DNA of 64,000 nucleotides. It comes from Octopus vulgaris. Its lineage: Eukaryota. The stretch is taken from positions 61,814,001 through 61,878,000 of the forward strand of contig OX597815.1 in NCBI GenBank assembly GCA_951406725.2, written 5' to 3'. This document shows positions 13,413 through 28,189 of the stretch, in pieces; position 1 is the first letter of the stretch, and each line of letters begins with the position of its first letter. A program made the position numbers and the translations under genes. Below the pieces are notes generated by a model that saw only the letters and a program-made list of their open reading frames with translations, ran no database searches and had not been told where the DNA came from.

Positions 13413-13879
13413 CTCTAAATTTATCTTATAATAAACTCAATATCGAAGCCTTTGCTGCTTTATTTTTTACTTTTTATCACAAAGTACTCAATACAACCGT
13501 GGAACAGATCTGATGTCTGTTGTAGCAAATGTTTTCTTTTATGTCGACTGATGTAGATTGTTAAGTTGCCCCTTGGTATTCTGAACGTTGTATGTATTTC
13601 AATAGCCATGTTATTTACAATATTGTGGTAATAATGAAGAGTTTGTAATGAGACATTTATATACCTAAAGAATGCCACATGTGTTATAAGGTATAATTAC
13701 AATATGGGATGATCGATTAGCTTGAGGCGATTGACTTCTCGGTAGAGTGATGATTGATATCTGATAAATTCATCAAGCTCGAGAGTTTTATTTAAACAGA
13801 AATCACTTTCCTAACAGCTTTTACATATAATATAAGTCTTCGGTTTCAAATCTCCTGCTTTAGTTAAAATTTGGAAACT

Positions 13880-15010
13880 TTTCTCGCTTCAGAGAAGTGG
13901 ACAGAGGAAGAGCTAAAGGATATAGACAGGAAGCCAAGAAAAGTCCTAACGATGCATGGAGCTCATCATCCACGTGAAAGAAGTGGACTGATAAGTGGAA
14001 GACTGCGTACGTATCGGAGTTGAGAGCTTAATGAGATACCTAGCCCAATGTAAGGAAACCTTGCTAGTGACAGTTAGGAACGAAGAAGTATTGTGAGCAG
14101 AGAGAAAAAAAAAAAGGAAAACCAAAGGAAGAAGTACAAATGAACAAGAAGAAAAACTACGCAACAAAGAACTACACAATCAATCAATTCCATGTAGCTA
14201 CAACAGGAGTGACTGGAAAACATAGGTGGGATGGCTGAAGAAAGAGACTGAGAGCACTATACAAGCAGCGCAAGACCAAGCTTTGGCCACGAGCTAGAGT
14301 ATCAACCTTAGGAATGAGCAAGTGTCTCCACTATGCCGCATCTGCAATAGAATGGATGAAACCATAACCCATATCACGAACGAATGTCCTAGACTTACTC
14401 AAAACCACTACAAGTTGTGGTGGCACGACCAGGTAGTGAAAAATCTACATTGGATGTTGCGTGAAAAGTGGGAGCTAGAGAGATGCAAGACGTAGAATGA
14501 GCACAAACCGCAGTGAGTGGCGGAGTCGGGAACTAGCAAAATCCTAAGGGATTTCCTAATCCAAACAGATCAGGTGCTAGACCATAATTGACCGGACCTA
14601 GTAGTGGTGGACAAGATGCATTACATATGCTATATAGTTGATGTTACATACCCCTTTGATCCACGAATAGTCAAGAAGGAAGGCGAAATGTAGATAAATA
14701 CAGCCCTCTTAAGTATGAAATAGTCCGGCTATGGAAAATGAAGAAGGTGAAAATAGTACCAATTATTGTTGGGTCCTTGGGAACAGTATCAGAAGGCATC
14801 GAGAGGGATATAACGGAAATTGGAATAGAGTGCCCAGTAGAACTGTTACAAAAGGTTTGTCTCCTTGGCACCGCCAGAATAATCAGGAAAGTATTAGGTA
14901 GCTGAAAAGAATGGATAGCATGGTACCGTATGCCGCAGGTAGTAAACTCCACTACACATGCAAATCTCCAGGAGCTCCAACAAAACCTGTGATAAAGAGA
15001 AATGATAACA
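13880..15010 (+). mobile_element. R4/Dong-like non-LTR retrotransposon, 3' part (CCHC + RLE endonuclease), degenerate
   Basis: CRICNRMDETITHITNEC zinc knuckle, HDQV, DFLIQTD, PDLVVVDK, IVDVTYP, KY, VPIIVGSLG, LLQKVCLLGTARIIRKVL. Confidence 0.85.
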
Positions 15011-15189
15011 ACACAATAGTTTCTAATTTGGGCACAAGGCCGGCAAATGAGAAGCATTTTACCTTAAGGAATTCGGTGGGATGAAAGACAAACTGGCTTC
15101 AGCGCTTTTTCAACTCAAAGTGTAAACAGCCAGAGGAAAGACCGCAAAGTACATTTTTGGAATCATGTTTCAGACAATTCACCGCCATA

Positions 15190-15490
<301 letters not shown>

Positions 15491-15851
15491 AACAATAACA
15501 ATATTAGTAAACAATATCAAAAAACAGCAGCAACAATAATGAGATACAAATAGATTGAAGTGTGTGTTTGCGTATACATGTACCTGTGTATACGCACACA
15601 CATACGCACATATATGTACATGTATGTGTACATAGATGCATTTATAGATACGTACATCGATACAATGAAGAATGTGGAAAAACGTATACGGGTGGGAAGA
15701 TCCGATCTGATGATGTTAAAATTAATGCCATAGGCACGTGATTTGAATATTGATCTATTGATTGAAATTGATAAACATAGAAAGGTAAGGCATAACTCCG
15801 CCGTTCGTATATGACATATTTAGTGTTTAATGTGTTTATATTCTCACAATA

Positions 15852-15890
<39 letters not shown>

Positions 15891-15920
15891 GTATGTGTGT
15901 ATGTATGTATGTATGTATAT

Positions 15921-15994
<74 letters not shown>

Positions 15995-16064
15995 TATATG
16001 TGTATATATATATACATACACACACACGGTTCTGGGCATGGAGCTGCATTCATGTTTAAACAGC

Positions 16065-16197
<133 letters not shown>

Positions 16198-16279
16198 ATA
16201 CATATATATATATATATGTATGTATTTCTGTATACTGAGTGCATGTATATGTGTGGCTCTATGTATTTGTTTGTTTGTT

Positions 16280-16314
<35 letters not shown>

Positions 16315-16523
16315 AGATATGGATATAGATAAATAGATGCTACATAGAGAAATGACTGGGAGTGAGAGAGAAACAAATAGAAATAATATGAGCGTGAAAG
16401 AGGGAGAGCTAGCTAGCTAGCTAGATAGATAGATCGATAGATAAATAGATAGATAGATAGATAGATAGATCGATAGATAGATAGATATATAGATAGATAG
16501 ATCGATCGATCGATCGATCGATC

Positions 16524-16576
<53 letters not shown>

Positions 16577-17309
16577 ATAGGTAGATAGAACAAGAGAGAG
16601 GGAGAGATAGAGAGAGAGAAAGTGTGTGTGTGTGTATGTGTGCGTGTGTGATAATGAGAGGCAAAAGAAGAGAGGTGAATCGTATAGGAAAAGAGAGCTA
16701 TGTCATTGATGTTAGAGATCGATAAAGTAGTTATTGGTATTTGAACGTCGTAAAATGGTCGTTATGTGTAATGGATAGCTATGATATTTTGTGGCTAAAT
16801 ACATAAACACACACATATATGTACATACATACATACACACAGTAACACAAATCCACTTGTACATACACATACGCATACACAGGGCGTACATAAGTAGCCA
16901 GACAAAAGCACAATACATTTATACACATAATATATGCACAGATGTTGACGTAGATGCACATAAATATATACATACGTAAATTTATGCATGTATACAGAAT
17001 GGATGTTCGTGAAAAGATCATGGACACACAAACTCAAAAACAAGCACATACGCAATACACCCATATACATACAGTTATGTATATGTGTATGTGTGTATAT
17101 ATACATATATTTTCTCTCGCTCCTTTTCTTTCTTTCTTTCTTTTTCTCTCTCCGCTTTTTTTCGTTCTCTCTCCATTTCCCCCCTTTTTGTTGAAGAGTG
17201 TAGGCTAGAAACATCAAAGACTTTTCCATTCTTCCCGAGCGTTAAACTGATACACCTGCTTGTTGTACCTTCACGTGTCTTCGTCTTTTGTTTTCTCTAA
17301 ATTTTAGCT

Positions 17310-17333
<24 letters not shown>

Positions 17334-17340
<7 letters not shown>

Positions 17341-18517
17341 ACAGAAGTAAATAGACACCTCATAAAACTTTGTTTTTATGTTTATGTTTATTTTAACTTG
17401 AAAAGGTTTGCATTTTTTATTAATTGACATTTTTATGTTTTAAGTTCTAAATGTGACTGCTTAATCATTCCACATACAAAAGAAGCCTTGGAACTGTCCG
17501 AATTTCAAAGAGGCTGTAATCTGAAGGTTGACTTAGCTTAAAACCGCAGAAAGCCTTGGGATCCCACTTTCTACCGTTAATGGAGTGATTGTGCAATTTT
17601 CCAGAGAAGGGAAGGCGTCCACCTCAACTCACCCAGGTCGACCAGAGCCCTCTGACAGGACTCTTTACTTCGTTAATAGGATAATCCTCATTGCTAAGCC
17701 TCTGACATAGTAGAACAAGTTGTCAGTCTCAGGGCAGCTGACAGGTATATTTAAAAAATTGGCTACTACGGCAGAGCAGCAAGAAGGAAGCCACTTCTTC
17801 AACCAGCCAATATCAAGATGTGAAATGATTAGGCTAGTGAGATGGTGGAAAGGCCCCTAGCATTTTGGGACACTGTCATACTCTCTGATAAGTCCAAATT
17901 TGCTCTGTTTTCTGATACTGGTCGATACGGAGATTCTGTGATCAAGAATTTGATGTGAAACGATTGCAGCCAGCAATAAAACACGGCAGCTATTCTGTGA
18001 TGATTGGGAAGCAATTTGGGGCAATGGTTGATCAGAGCTGGTGGAGTGTGAAGGGAACATAAACTCAGATATATGTGTCCATATTGCAGAAAGGACTCTT
18101 TCCAATCTTCTCCAGTAGTGAAATGAATAAAAAAGACTATTTATAAAAGATGTGGTTTCTTGTCACATGGCTAAAACGACCTAAGATTGGTTGGAAGAGA
18201 ATGGTATCAAAAACCTTCCATGGCCAAGCCAGTCACCTGCTATGAACTCTATTGAATATTTCTGGGGCATACTGGACAGAACACTTCACGAAAAGAAAAA
18301 AAAAAAAGCATCGTCAAAGCCAGAAATTTGGCAAGAAATTCCTGAAGAGAATATTCGTCATCTGATCAGTAGCATGCTTAATATGAAAAATGCAAAGAGC
18401 ATGTCTACTAAATATTATATATCTACATTATAATAATTAGTAAATAATTTGAATGCATAATTTCAGATTTAAATAAATTTTAACGATTATAAGGTGCCAA
18501 TTTACTTCTGCCATGTG
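17334..18517 (+). mobile_element. Tc1-family DNA transposon, degenerate
   Basis: Imperfect TIRs (CAGAAGTAAATAGACACCTCATAA / TTATAAGGTGCCAATTTACTTCTG). Transposase motifs ARRKPLL, VILSDKSKF, WPSQSPAMNSIEYFW. Confidence 0.85.
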
Positions 18518-18894
18518 TGTGTGTGTGTGTGTACATGCGTACGTACAATAGAGAGGTTAACTCATACCCGCAAATATGTACAGCTATATATATATATATA
18601 AGAACATGAATACATGCATGTATAAACCGTTGCTCACGCATGTAGGCATACGCGCATATTTACAAACAAAAACATGTATATCCATCATAAAGCATGTTTG
18701 TGTAGATTAATTAAATTCACCTCTGTCAGTCTGTTTGTCTGTGTTTGAGTTTGTGAATGTGTATGTGTGTATGTGTGTGTGTGTGTGGCGTGCGTAAATA
18801 CATGCACGCGTGTGTGTTTGTGTGTCTGTGTCTCTGTGTGTGCATGCATGTATATCATGTATGAAAGCATATTGCATGTATATATATATATATA

Positions 18895-20555
18895 TATAGA
18901 AAATAGTAAAAAGTGAAAAAACTACAGAAGGCTCGTTTTAAAAGGTTAAAAAATATATCCTTCTTGCAATGTTTGAAGGGGATGTTTGTTTTAGTGTGTC
19001 TTGGGTGGCATGAATTAAAAAGAAGGTATTGTCTGGCGTCTGTGGCTTTGTAAAAAATGTCTGTTTCTATTTTAAGGTTAATTTTTTTAATTAGTATATC
19101 CAAGAACGGGAGCTCCTTTTGGTTGTATTCCATTGTGAATTGTATATTTGGGTTTATGCTGTTCAATAGGTTTTTAAATTTTAGGAGTTTATCTGTGTTT
19201 TCATTCCAGAGTATAAAACAATCGTCTAGGAATCGTTTCCAATTCTCTTTTATGTATTGAGAGAGGGGGTTTCCAAAGATTGATAAAGATTCCTGGTAAA
19301 TGATTATTTCCAGGTAGCCCATTGTTAGGTTCGCAATGACTGGTGCTGCCCTTGTACCCATAGCAATTCCGGATTTTTTACGGTAAATTGTATTGTCAAA
19401 CATTGCAAGAAGGATATGCACAATAGTGTCAGAACAAAATACCAGGAACTTTAGACTGCAAGAACTCAAAAACACCCCAATTGACAGACATTACCCTGCT
19501 CAACTCATAGAGAATGGGATCAGACGTGCAACAGAAATCAACATAGAAACTTTAAGAAAAGTTCAACACAACAACACACCTTCTCCGAAAATACTACCTT
19601 ACATATCTACATACAACCCCAGAAACAAAGAAGCCTTCACCATCATCACTCAGAATTTACCAATACTTCATAAGGACCCCAAATTAAAGGAAATTCTAAA
19701 CATACACCAAATCATTAAAAGCTACAAACAACCTAAATCACTTAAAAAGATTCTCACAAAGGCAAAATTGTTTTCTGAAATTACGGATGCAAAAGTAAAA
19801 AAAATGTGGTAGATCGAACTGTGCAACATGTCCAAACCTGCTAGAAGGATCAGAATTCCTCTTCAAAGAGGGACAGAAATTCAAGATCAAATCTAACTTT
19901 ACTTGTGCCTCTGAAAACATAATTTATGTCATAAAATGCTCGGGCTGCCACCAAGACTACGTGGGATCCACGGGACTATCACTCAGACGTAGATGCACAC
20001 TGCATCGACAACAGATTGCATTCCCAGAATACAGAATGATACCTTTTAGTGAGCACATTGAGAAATGCGCAAAGCAACTACTACCACAATTTTTAATCTT
20101 TCCATTTTACCAATGTGCTATCGGATCATCAACACAAATTAGACTAAACAAGGAAACATTCTTCATTGAAAAGTACAAGCCCAGACTTAACCATTCCAAC
20201 ATACTGATACAGAGAAATTCACACCAAGGGAAAGGCAAAAAATTTTAAGCGATTATCTCACTTAGACCGGAAGAAATCACTCATTACCTCCCCTTATTTA
20301 GAACTCTTTTCAACATAAACATAATGATAACTCTGCTCAACATAAACATAACGACGTAAGAAATTTGAAAAGCTAAACGCAAAACCGGTCTTTCTTCTAA
20401 ACCATGTCATTGTAAGAAAAAAATTTATAATATTCTTCAGACATATTGACTCAAAAAAATATATTTTTTAACCTTTTAAAACGAGCCTTCTGTAGTTTTT
20501 TCACTTTTTACTATTTTCTATATATTCAACCACGTGCTTTCACAAACCAACTTTC
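18895..20555 (+). mobile_element. Penelope-like element (Neptune-like), 5' truncated, with inverted RT segment
   Basis: Minus strand 18961-19395: GIAMGT...ANLTMG...WKRFLDDCF...LPFLD...KTNIPF. Plus strand from 19396: NIARRIC..., CGRSNCATC linker, GIY-YIG (NIIYVIKCSGCHQDYVGSTG...R). Terminal inverted repeat 18895-18958 / 20460-20523. Flanked by (TA)n. Confidence 0.92.
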
Positions 20556-20617
<62 letters not shown>

Positions 20618-20641
20618 TGCATGTATACGTAATATATACAC

Positions 20642-20830
20642 ACAGCTTGGCTCAGTGGTTAGGGTGACGCTCTCAAGATCATAGGATTGTGGGTTCGATT
20701 CCTGAAGCGGTCGATGCAATGTGTTCTTGAGTAGGATACTTCATTTCATGTTTCTCCACTTCCGCGACGGACCAGTCTCCCGTCCATGGAGGGGTAATTT
20801 ATACGCCACAGAATTCTGGCTTTTTGAGCT
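20642..20830 (+). mobile_element. SINE 5' fragment
   Basis: TGGCTCAGTGGTTAG...GGTTCGATTCC A/B boxes. Confidence 0.6.
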
Positions 20831-20877
20831 TTTGTCTTGGAAAGGATATTTGATTTTCATAAACATACATACATACA

Positions 20878-20911
<34 letters not shown>

Positions 20912-21077
20912 CATACATAGATGCATAGCATATATACATGCATACATACATAGCATGCATACATGCGTACATACATACACGTATATATGCATGCATATGT
21001 CCACGCACACACACACATGCAAATGCATGCGTGGTTTTGTATGTGTGTGCATATACATGAATACATATATATACATA

Positions 21078-21248
21078 GGCGTAGGAGTGGCTGTGTGGTA
21101 AGTAGCTTGCTTACGAACCACATGGTTCCGGGTTCAGTCTCACTGCGTGACACCTTGAGCAAGAGTCTTCTACTGTAGCCTCAGGCTGACCAAAGGCTTG
21201 TGAGTTGATTTGGTAGTCGGAAACCGAAAGAAGCCCGTCGTATACATG

Positions 21249-21299
<51 letters not shown>

Positions 21300-21531
21300 T
21301 TGTGTGTATATGTTTGTGTGTCTGTTTTTGTCTCCCAAACATCGCTTGACAACCGATGCTGGTGTGTTTACGTCCCCGTAACTTAGCGGTTCGGCAAAAG
21401 CGACCGATTTTATAAGTACTAGGCTTCCAAAGAATAAGTCCTAGGGTCTATTTGTTCGACTAAAGGCGGTGCTTCAGCATGGCCACAGTCACATGACTGA
21501 AACAAGGAAAATAGTAAAAGAGTAAAGAGTA
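21078..21531 (+). mobile_element. Full-length SINE (family B) with internal (TA)n/(TG)n
   Basis: GGCGTAGGAGTGGCTGTGTGGTAAG head, GGTTCAGTC B-box, internal microsatellite, 3' GGCGGTGCTTCAGCATGGCCACAGTC tail. Many copies in the window. Confidence 0.9.
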
Positions 21532-22189
21532 ATATTTATGTATGTATGCATATTTTAATGACGAACATACGAGTGAGCGATCAGCAATACAAACTATGAC
21601 CGTTGAACTAGGCAACAAATATGACTTGGTACTCCCTTCCATTAGTCGACAACCATTTCCATGTTCACACAATATCAAAATATTCACTAGCAACACTGTT
21701 AAAGTTAGCTAGTTTTGCTTCGTAAATATAGACGCAGAAGTCATCAATAAATAAAAAGATAAATAAAATAACTGAAACAGTACTTCACAAGCAACGATTC
21801 CACCGAAATTGACCTCTGAATAACGAATGCTTTGAGAATTCACTAGTGTACAGAGCTGACATCTCCGAAGTAGATGATACAAAAAGGCCTGTTCTGGCTC
21901 ACAGGAAATACATTTAAAGGTGAGATCTACATAGTATATGATTTCGTTCAGAGATAGAAGCAAGCGCAATGTTGCGTCACTATTCAAGTTTGAGTTTTAA
22001 ATGATTGCGGGTTTAATGATTTACTCATTATTTATATTATTAAGGATAAAAATAAGAAATATAATGAACGAAACAACAGAAGTAACTTCTGTTTGGCAGA
22101 GAATTTCGATATGTTGAGATTGACAGTAGAGAGACATAATACAAAGGAAAACACATTCATCTCTGGCTCAAATGTAAAACATTTTAAAT

Positions 22190-22480
22190 TCTATTTTTAT
22201 CGGCGGGTTCCAACCCGGGCCGCAGCAACTAAAAACCACCTGCCACACTTCTCGGTCCCTGATCACTGCCTCGAGGTCCTCGATACATTCCAGATCGGTT
22301 GAATCAAATGAACCTCTAAAACGGTATCTTTGGCCCTGAATGCTGGGTATTCCCAGTTAGTCGCCCCTTCAGCGATACAACTCCGTTATATATTTCTTCT
22401 GACCACCACCAAACCTATATTGCTAGACCAAAGCGTGTAATCTATGGTTGCCATGAGCCCATGGTTGTTAATTTCTGTGA
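22190..22480 (-). mobile_element. RTE-like LINE 3' fragment
   Basis: Minus strand ends ...EDLEAVIRDREVWQ, resembling the DRxxW C-terminus of RTE ORFs. Confidence 0.45.
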
Positions 22481-22896
22481 CGGTTTGCTTCTAATAATGT
22501 AGAGAGAGGTGAAATATATCGATGAATGATCGACTAGACACGTCTTCTGCATTGTGAAAGAATCACACACACATACACACACACACTTTCTCTCCCCCTC
22601 TCTCTCTCACTCTGCTCCACCTCTCTCTCTCTCTCTTTCGTATACTAAGTAAATTGGTTAAAAGACTTCCCTGATGTTTATTCAAGTAAACACGTATTAA
22701 TGAAATCTTGCTTCGTATTTACACAACGTATCTCTGTCTATAGACACTCTCATATATATACGCGCGAGCGCGCGTGTGTGCGTGTGCGTGCATTTATATA
22801 CGTAAGTTTATATATAATATATAATATATATATTTATATATGTAAGTGTATATATGTGCGTGCGTGTGTGTGTATATATATTTTTAAATGTAATTG

Positions 22897-22927
<31 letters not shown>

Positions 22928-23033
22928 CTAAATGTAAGTGTATACGTATACACACATGCGCGCACACACATACACACACATATATATATATATATATATA
23001 CACATATGTGTATGTGTGTGTTTGTATATATAC

Positions 23034-23073
<40 letters not shown>

Positions 23074-23481
23074 GCATACATGTATATCCATGTATATGTG
23101 TGTGTATCTGTGTATACGCATACATGTATACTTACATATGTAACAATTTATACACTACACACAAAACAAACCAGAAGAAATGTCTGCAGATGGTGGTATA
23201 GGTTCGTCTGGCGTGTAGTGTTGGTCAGCTGTCATTTATGGTGGGTAGTAGTGTGGTTAGAAGAGTGGTGGTGTTGGTGGTTGTATATTTATTGGGTAGC
23301 GTATGGGGGAGAATTTGGGAGATTGTTGGTGATTGGTTTGACATTGGTGATTTGGAATGGCGTCGACAGCAGTCATGTGACAGTGGGTGGGAAAGTGGCG
23401 AGAGGGAGAGATTGGACAGGAAGTGCTTGGGATTAAGAGGAAAAGTGAAAGAGGAAGGCTGAGAGGTAGGTTGGTAAGTCG

Positions 23482-23522
<41 letters not shown>

Positions 23523-23571
23523 TGGTAGACGGAGAGAAGGAGGATATAAAAATGAGGAAGTGCTGTAGCTA

Positions 23572-23577
23572 GTGATA

Positions 23578-23610
<33 letters not shown>

Positions 23611-23715
23611 GTGACGACGACGACGATGATGATGATGGTGACGATGCCGACGACGACGACGACGTTGATGATGATAACGACAACAACGACGGCAACGACG
23701 TCGACGACGACGAAC

Positions 23716-23754
<39 letters not shown>

Positions 23755-23892
23755 GTGACGATGACGATGATGATAATGATGGTGACGATGCCGACTACGA
23801 CGACGACGACGTTGATGATAATGATAACGACAACAATGACGGCAACGACGTCGACGTCGACGAACATGATGATGATGATGATGATGATGATG
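23572..23892. repeat. Duplicated compound (GAT)/(GAC) repeat, about 145-150 bp x2
   Basis: GGTGACGATGCCGAC...GGCAACGACGTCGACG...GAACATG occurs twice. Confidence 0.85.
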
Positions 23893-24433
23893 TTTTGTTG
23901 TCTTCCTTGTTCAGCCTCCTTAATCATGTAATTCTGTGACACGGAGACAACCAACTGAATTTACAAAGGTCCAGTCCACAGATCTATTTTCAAAGTCACA
24001 TCACATCTTCAGCTTTACTACTACAACCGCCACTAGCAATAAATCACGTGGCGTCCAGTGTGAGGCCCAGTACTGAGTCCAGGGGTGTCCAGTGTCCCAA
24101 TCTGAATTTGTACTCTGTCCATTGTCCTAATCTATCTCTGCAAGCCCACAGATTCTGAGAATGGCCACAGCGGTGACGGCCAACTTGTGCCTAGGTTTCA
24201 ATGCACTAGCTACTGTTCCAGCGCTTTGTTTGGGGACAGTCTATGTGTTTCATTATCATGTTTGTCTAGGCTGGTGAAGGCTACTCACGATCGCAAGCGA
24301 GCGGTACGTTGTGTTCCTGAGCAAAACACTTCAGTTCACCTAACTGTCAATGAGTGAACCTCGCGACTGACTGGCCTTCTGTTCATTGGGATTATCGTGA
24401 TCTTGGGCACTTGGGCGCCATAGAAACCGGATC

Positions 24434-24768
24434 ACCGCCTTAAAAGGCTTTAGTCGAAGAAATCTATCCCAAAACTTATTCATCGTAAGCCTAGTACTTA
24501 TTCTATCAGTCTCTTTTTATGGGGATATAAACACACGAACATCAGTTGTCACGTGTTGTTGGGGCAAACACATACATATAGGACAGGCTTCTTTCCATTT
24601 CCGTCTACCAAATCCGCTCATAAGGCCTTGCATTGGCCCGCAGCTACAGTAGCCGAAGGTGCCACGTAGTGAGACTGAACCCGGAACCATGTGGTTGGGA
24701 AGCAAGATTCTTACCACACACCCACACCCGCGCTTAGCAAGCTTCTTACCACACAGCTACGCCTATGC
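24434..24768 (-). mobile_element. SINE family B
   Basis: Reverse complement matches 21078-21531; head partly duplicated. Confidence 0.8.
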
Positions 24769-25018
24769 TGTTAACAGTAACTTCGAAGTTTGCTGCGGCA
24801 ACAAACTGTCTGTCATAGATCCAGGTAGTCTTGGTTGTAGATGTGGTCCGTGTACTAACTTCATGATGTGTAGTGTGTGGGAGTGTTTTGTTTGTGGTTT
24901 TATTATGATTTGTTGTAGAGATTGCGGAGAGACCAACTTGAGGTAAGAATAATGGATCGCAATTATTGTTTCGATGCTGTTATTGTTGTTTCTCTCTGTC
25001 GTCTAAATGTGATACACG

Positions 25019-25090
<72 letters not shown>

Positions 25091-25249
25091 TATATATAGT
25101 TCAATTAGAGGTAATGTTAGCCTCATGAAAGGATGGAGTCATCCAAGGAAATACTGGTTCAATACCTAATATTTTGGGGGAACTGATTTCTTAAAAATAA
25201 TAGGTGTGTATATAAACTGTAGTTTATATTCATATAAAAGAAAAAAACC

Positions 25250-25460
25250 GGAGCTGGTAAAATCGTTAGCACACCGGACAAGATGCTTCGCAGCATTTTT
25301 TCCATCTTTATGCTTTGAGCTCAAATTCCGCCAAGATCAGCTTTGCCTTTCATAATTTCAGGTCGATAAAATAAGTGCCAGTTGAGTACTGGGCTCGATT
25401 TAATCGACTAATCCTCTTCCCCGAAATTGCTGGCCTTGCGCAAAAATTTGAAATCAATAT
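25250..25460 (+). mobile_element. SINE
   Basis: GAGCTGGTAAAATCGTTAGC...TCAAATTCCGCC...GGTCGATAAAATAAGTGCCAGTTGAGTACTGGG. Confidence 0.7.
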
Positions 25461-26231
25461 TCTCTTTAATTGTTGTGTTACTATGGTTTGTTATATTGTT
25501 ATTGTTGTTTCTGTTGTAAATGGGTATGTTTTTGTTGTTGGTTGTGTTTGCAGTTCAATTCTTTCTGATGGTGTTTCTGTCAGTTCAAGTATATTGGTGT
25601 TGGTGGTGACAGCGTTGGAGGTAACGGTGCCGTTGTTACTGGTAGTAGGGGTGGTGATGATGACGGTTGCATTGATGCAGTTATTGTTGTTGTCGGTGGT
25701 GTGGTAGTGGTGATAGTGGTGGTGATGGTGGCGGCGGTGGTGAAGATGGAAACAGTTTTGACCACATGGTGTTGACATTATTTGTATCAACAACATGGCT
25801 GCCAATGTCGTGTTTTTTTCACTGTCTACTTTCTCCAATATCCGCTGTTCGCTTTTTACAAATTATTGCGCCTCGTATAGTTGTTGTAGTGGTGGTGATC
25901 TTGGTCGTGCGGTGGTGATGGTGGAGGTTGTAGTGCTTATGCCACAAACTATTGGTGTTAGTGTCTCTCACGATGGTATTGCTGGCAAAATGTTTGGGTT
26001 GATGCATGGAATGGTTTCGTTATTGGTATTAGCGTTGCTGTTTGGGAATTAATAGCATTTTGGTTGTCGTAGTGGCGTTCCTTCGATATTGGTCTGCAGA
26101 GCGTCGGTATGAGGTGACAACGTCAATCACCCTCTTTATCTATGCCATGAGGGTAGTTTGTGGGAGTGATGTCGTGTATCAAAGTATCAAAGTATCAAAG
26201 GGTTGCTGTCGTAGCTATTGTTATTGGCACT

Positions 26232-26289
<58 letters not shown>

Positions 26290-27282
26290 CAGTAGTAGTT
26301 GTTTATCTTGTAGTAGTAGTAGTTTTGGTGGTAGTGGTGGTAATAGTAGTAGCAGTAATTATGGTGGTGGTGGTGGTGGTGGTGGTGGTGGTGTAGTAGT
26401 AGTAGTAGTAGTAGTAGCAGCTGTAGTTGTTGTTGTTGATGGTTTATGTATGATATGTTTGTTGTAATAGTGTTGTCTGTGGCAGTGATGATGGTGGTGG
26501 TTTTGAGGTGATGGGAACCCGCGCGTGACTTCAATACACGTCTGTTGGATGACAGCAACAACCATCAATCACACCCATGCTCGGCTTGAAAAAAACCGGA
26601 TACGTTGAACAAGTTAGTCGTAGATATACTAAAAGGGCGTGGTGGCCACAGCTGAAATGATTTTGATCAAAGACCTGCTTAATCAGAGTTGACCTATGGC
26701 TGTACAGCAACGTATTTCAATCAAAACCGGAACTCGCATGTGAGACGCTTGGTGGTTGGCCAACCTGCTATAAATAACAGATATACCTCCTTCAAATCAT
26801 ATCCTGCCGCGTTAAAAAGGAAGGACATGCTTCATAATGTTGTAGATGGTGTGATGTGTCTGGCTAAAAAAGGGTATAGTCACGGCTGTAACTTCCTTGA
26901 TAAAGGCGGGACTCCATCATGACCTTAGCTGCAATGGATAAAACTTGAGCACATCACCATTTTCATCACTATCATCTGCATCACCAGTATCACCACCATC
27001 ATCTCATCATCATTAGCATCATCAAGATCATCTCTAACCATCCTCAATCACGAACACCATCACACTCCACAATCACCATTATCACCACCACCACCACCAT
27101 CAAGAACAACAACACCACCACTACCACCACCATTCAACCTGCACCACCTTATCAGGGATAAGGCCATGATGGAGCGTTGCATATCTGAGTGTGTGTGAAT
27201 GTGTGTGCATGTGTGAATGTGTGTGTATGTTTGAATGTGTTTGTGTGAGTAAATGTATGCGCGAGTGCGTGTGAATGTGTAT

Positions 27283-27324
<42 letters not shown>

Positions 27325-27454
27325 ATGTTTATCAATTTAACTTCACAGGTAAAAGTTGTAAATTCCACGACTCCAACTTGTAAAAATCGGAAGTCCTTTC
27401 GTTAAGATTTTAGTCGAAAGTCGGTCAACTATTTTTCTGTTTACGGAGTTGAAG

Positions 27455-27527
<73 letters not shown>

Positions 27528-27948
27528 CGTGTAGTGAAGTCGGTGTGTCCAGATCCATTATAAATCTATTCAGTGGTCGATAATTTTTCTCGACTCTATG
27601 TAAATATGACTAACTATATTATCCAGTGTATCTTTACTTTATTTGCGTCGATAGTTTGTGATTTCAGTGGTATTTGGCTGTTACTTCTAACAGATCAAGC
27701 GACAACAAAGAGTCCCCCCTCTCTGTCTTTCTCTGTAGACATAATGTGTGGGTCTCAGTTATTGTCCCCTTCTCTCATATTCATTATGTCCCTGTATTTC
27801 CTTTGCTCTCTCTCTCTCTCTACCCATCTATTATATATTACCAACTCCTTCCCCTACCCCATACCTCCGCCTCCTCTCTGAATGTCTTCCTTTCTGAGTC
27901 GGCATGTTGAAACCCCTCACTCCCACCTCCATCCCCGCTGCCCTAACT

Positions 27949-28120
27949 GGGTCAATAACTCTGACCCCTAACAGTTCAGAGGTCAACATTTGCAGTTCAA
28001 AGGTCAGAGTTCATTTCTCAAATGAATGTCTTTATACAATACCACCTTTAAACCAAATATTCAGAGACAGATTTTTCGTTGAAGGTCATCGAGATCAGCA
28101 GCAAAGCTGATGATTGGCTG
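27949..28120. promoter_or_regulatory. Cluster of nuclear-receptor half-sites (DR1 array) plus CCAAT box
   Basis: GGGTCA 27949, TGACCC 27962, AGTTCA-g-AGGTCA 27973-27985, AGTTCA-a-AGGTCA-g-AGTTCA 27994-28013, AGGTCA 28083, ATTGG 28113. Confidence 0.5.
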
Positions 28121-28157
28121 CTCGGATTGTGTGTGCATGTGTGTGCGTGTGTGTGTT

Positions 28158-28189
<32 letters not shown>

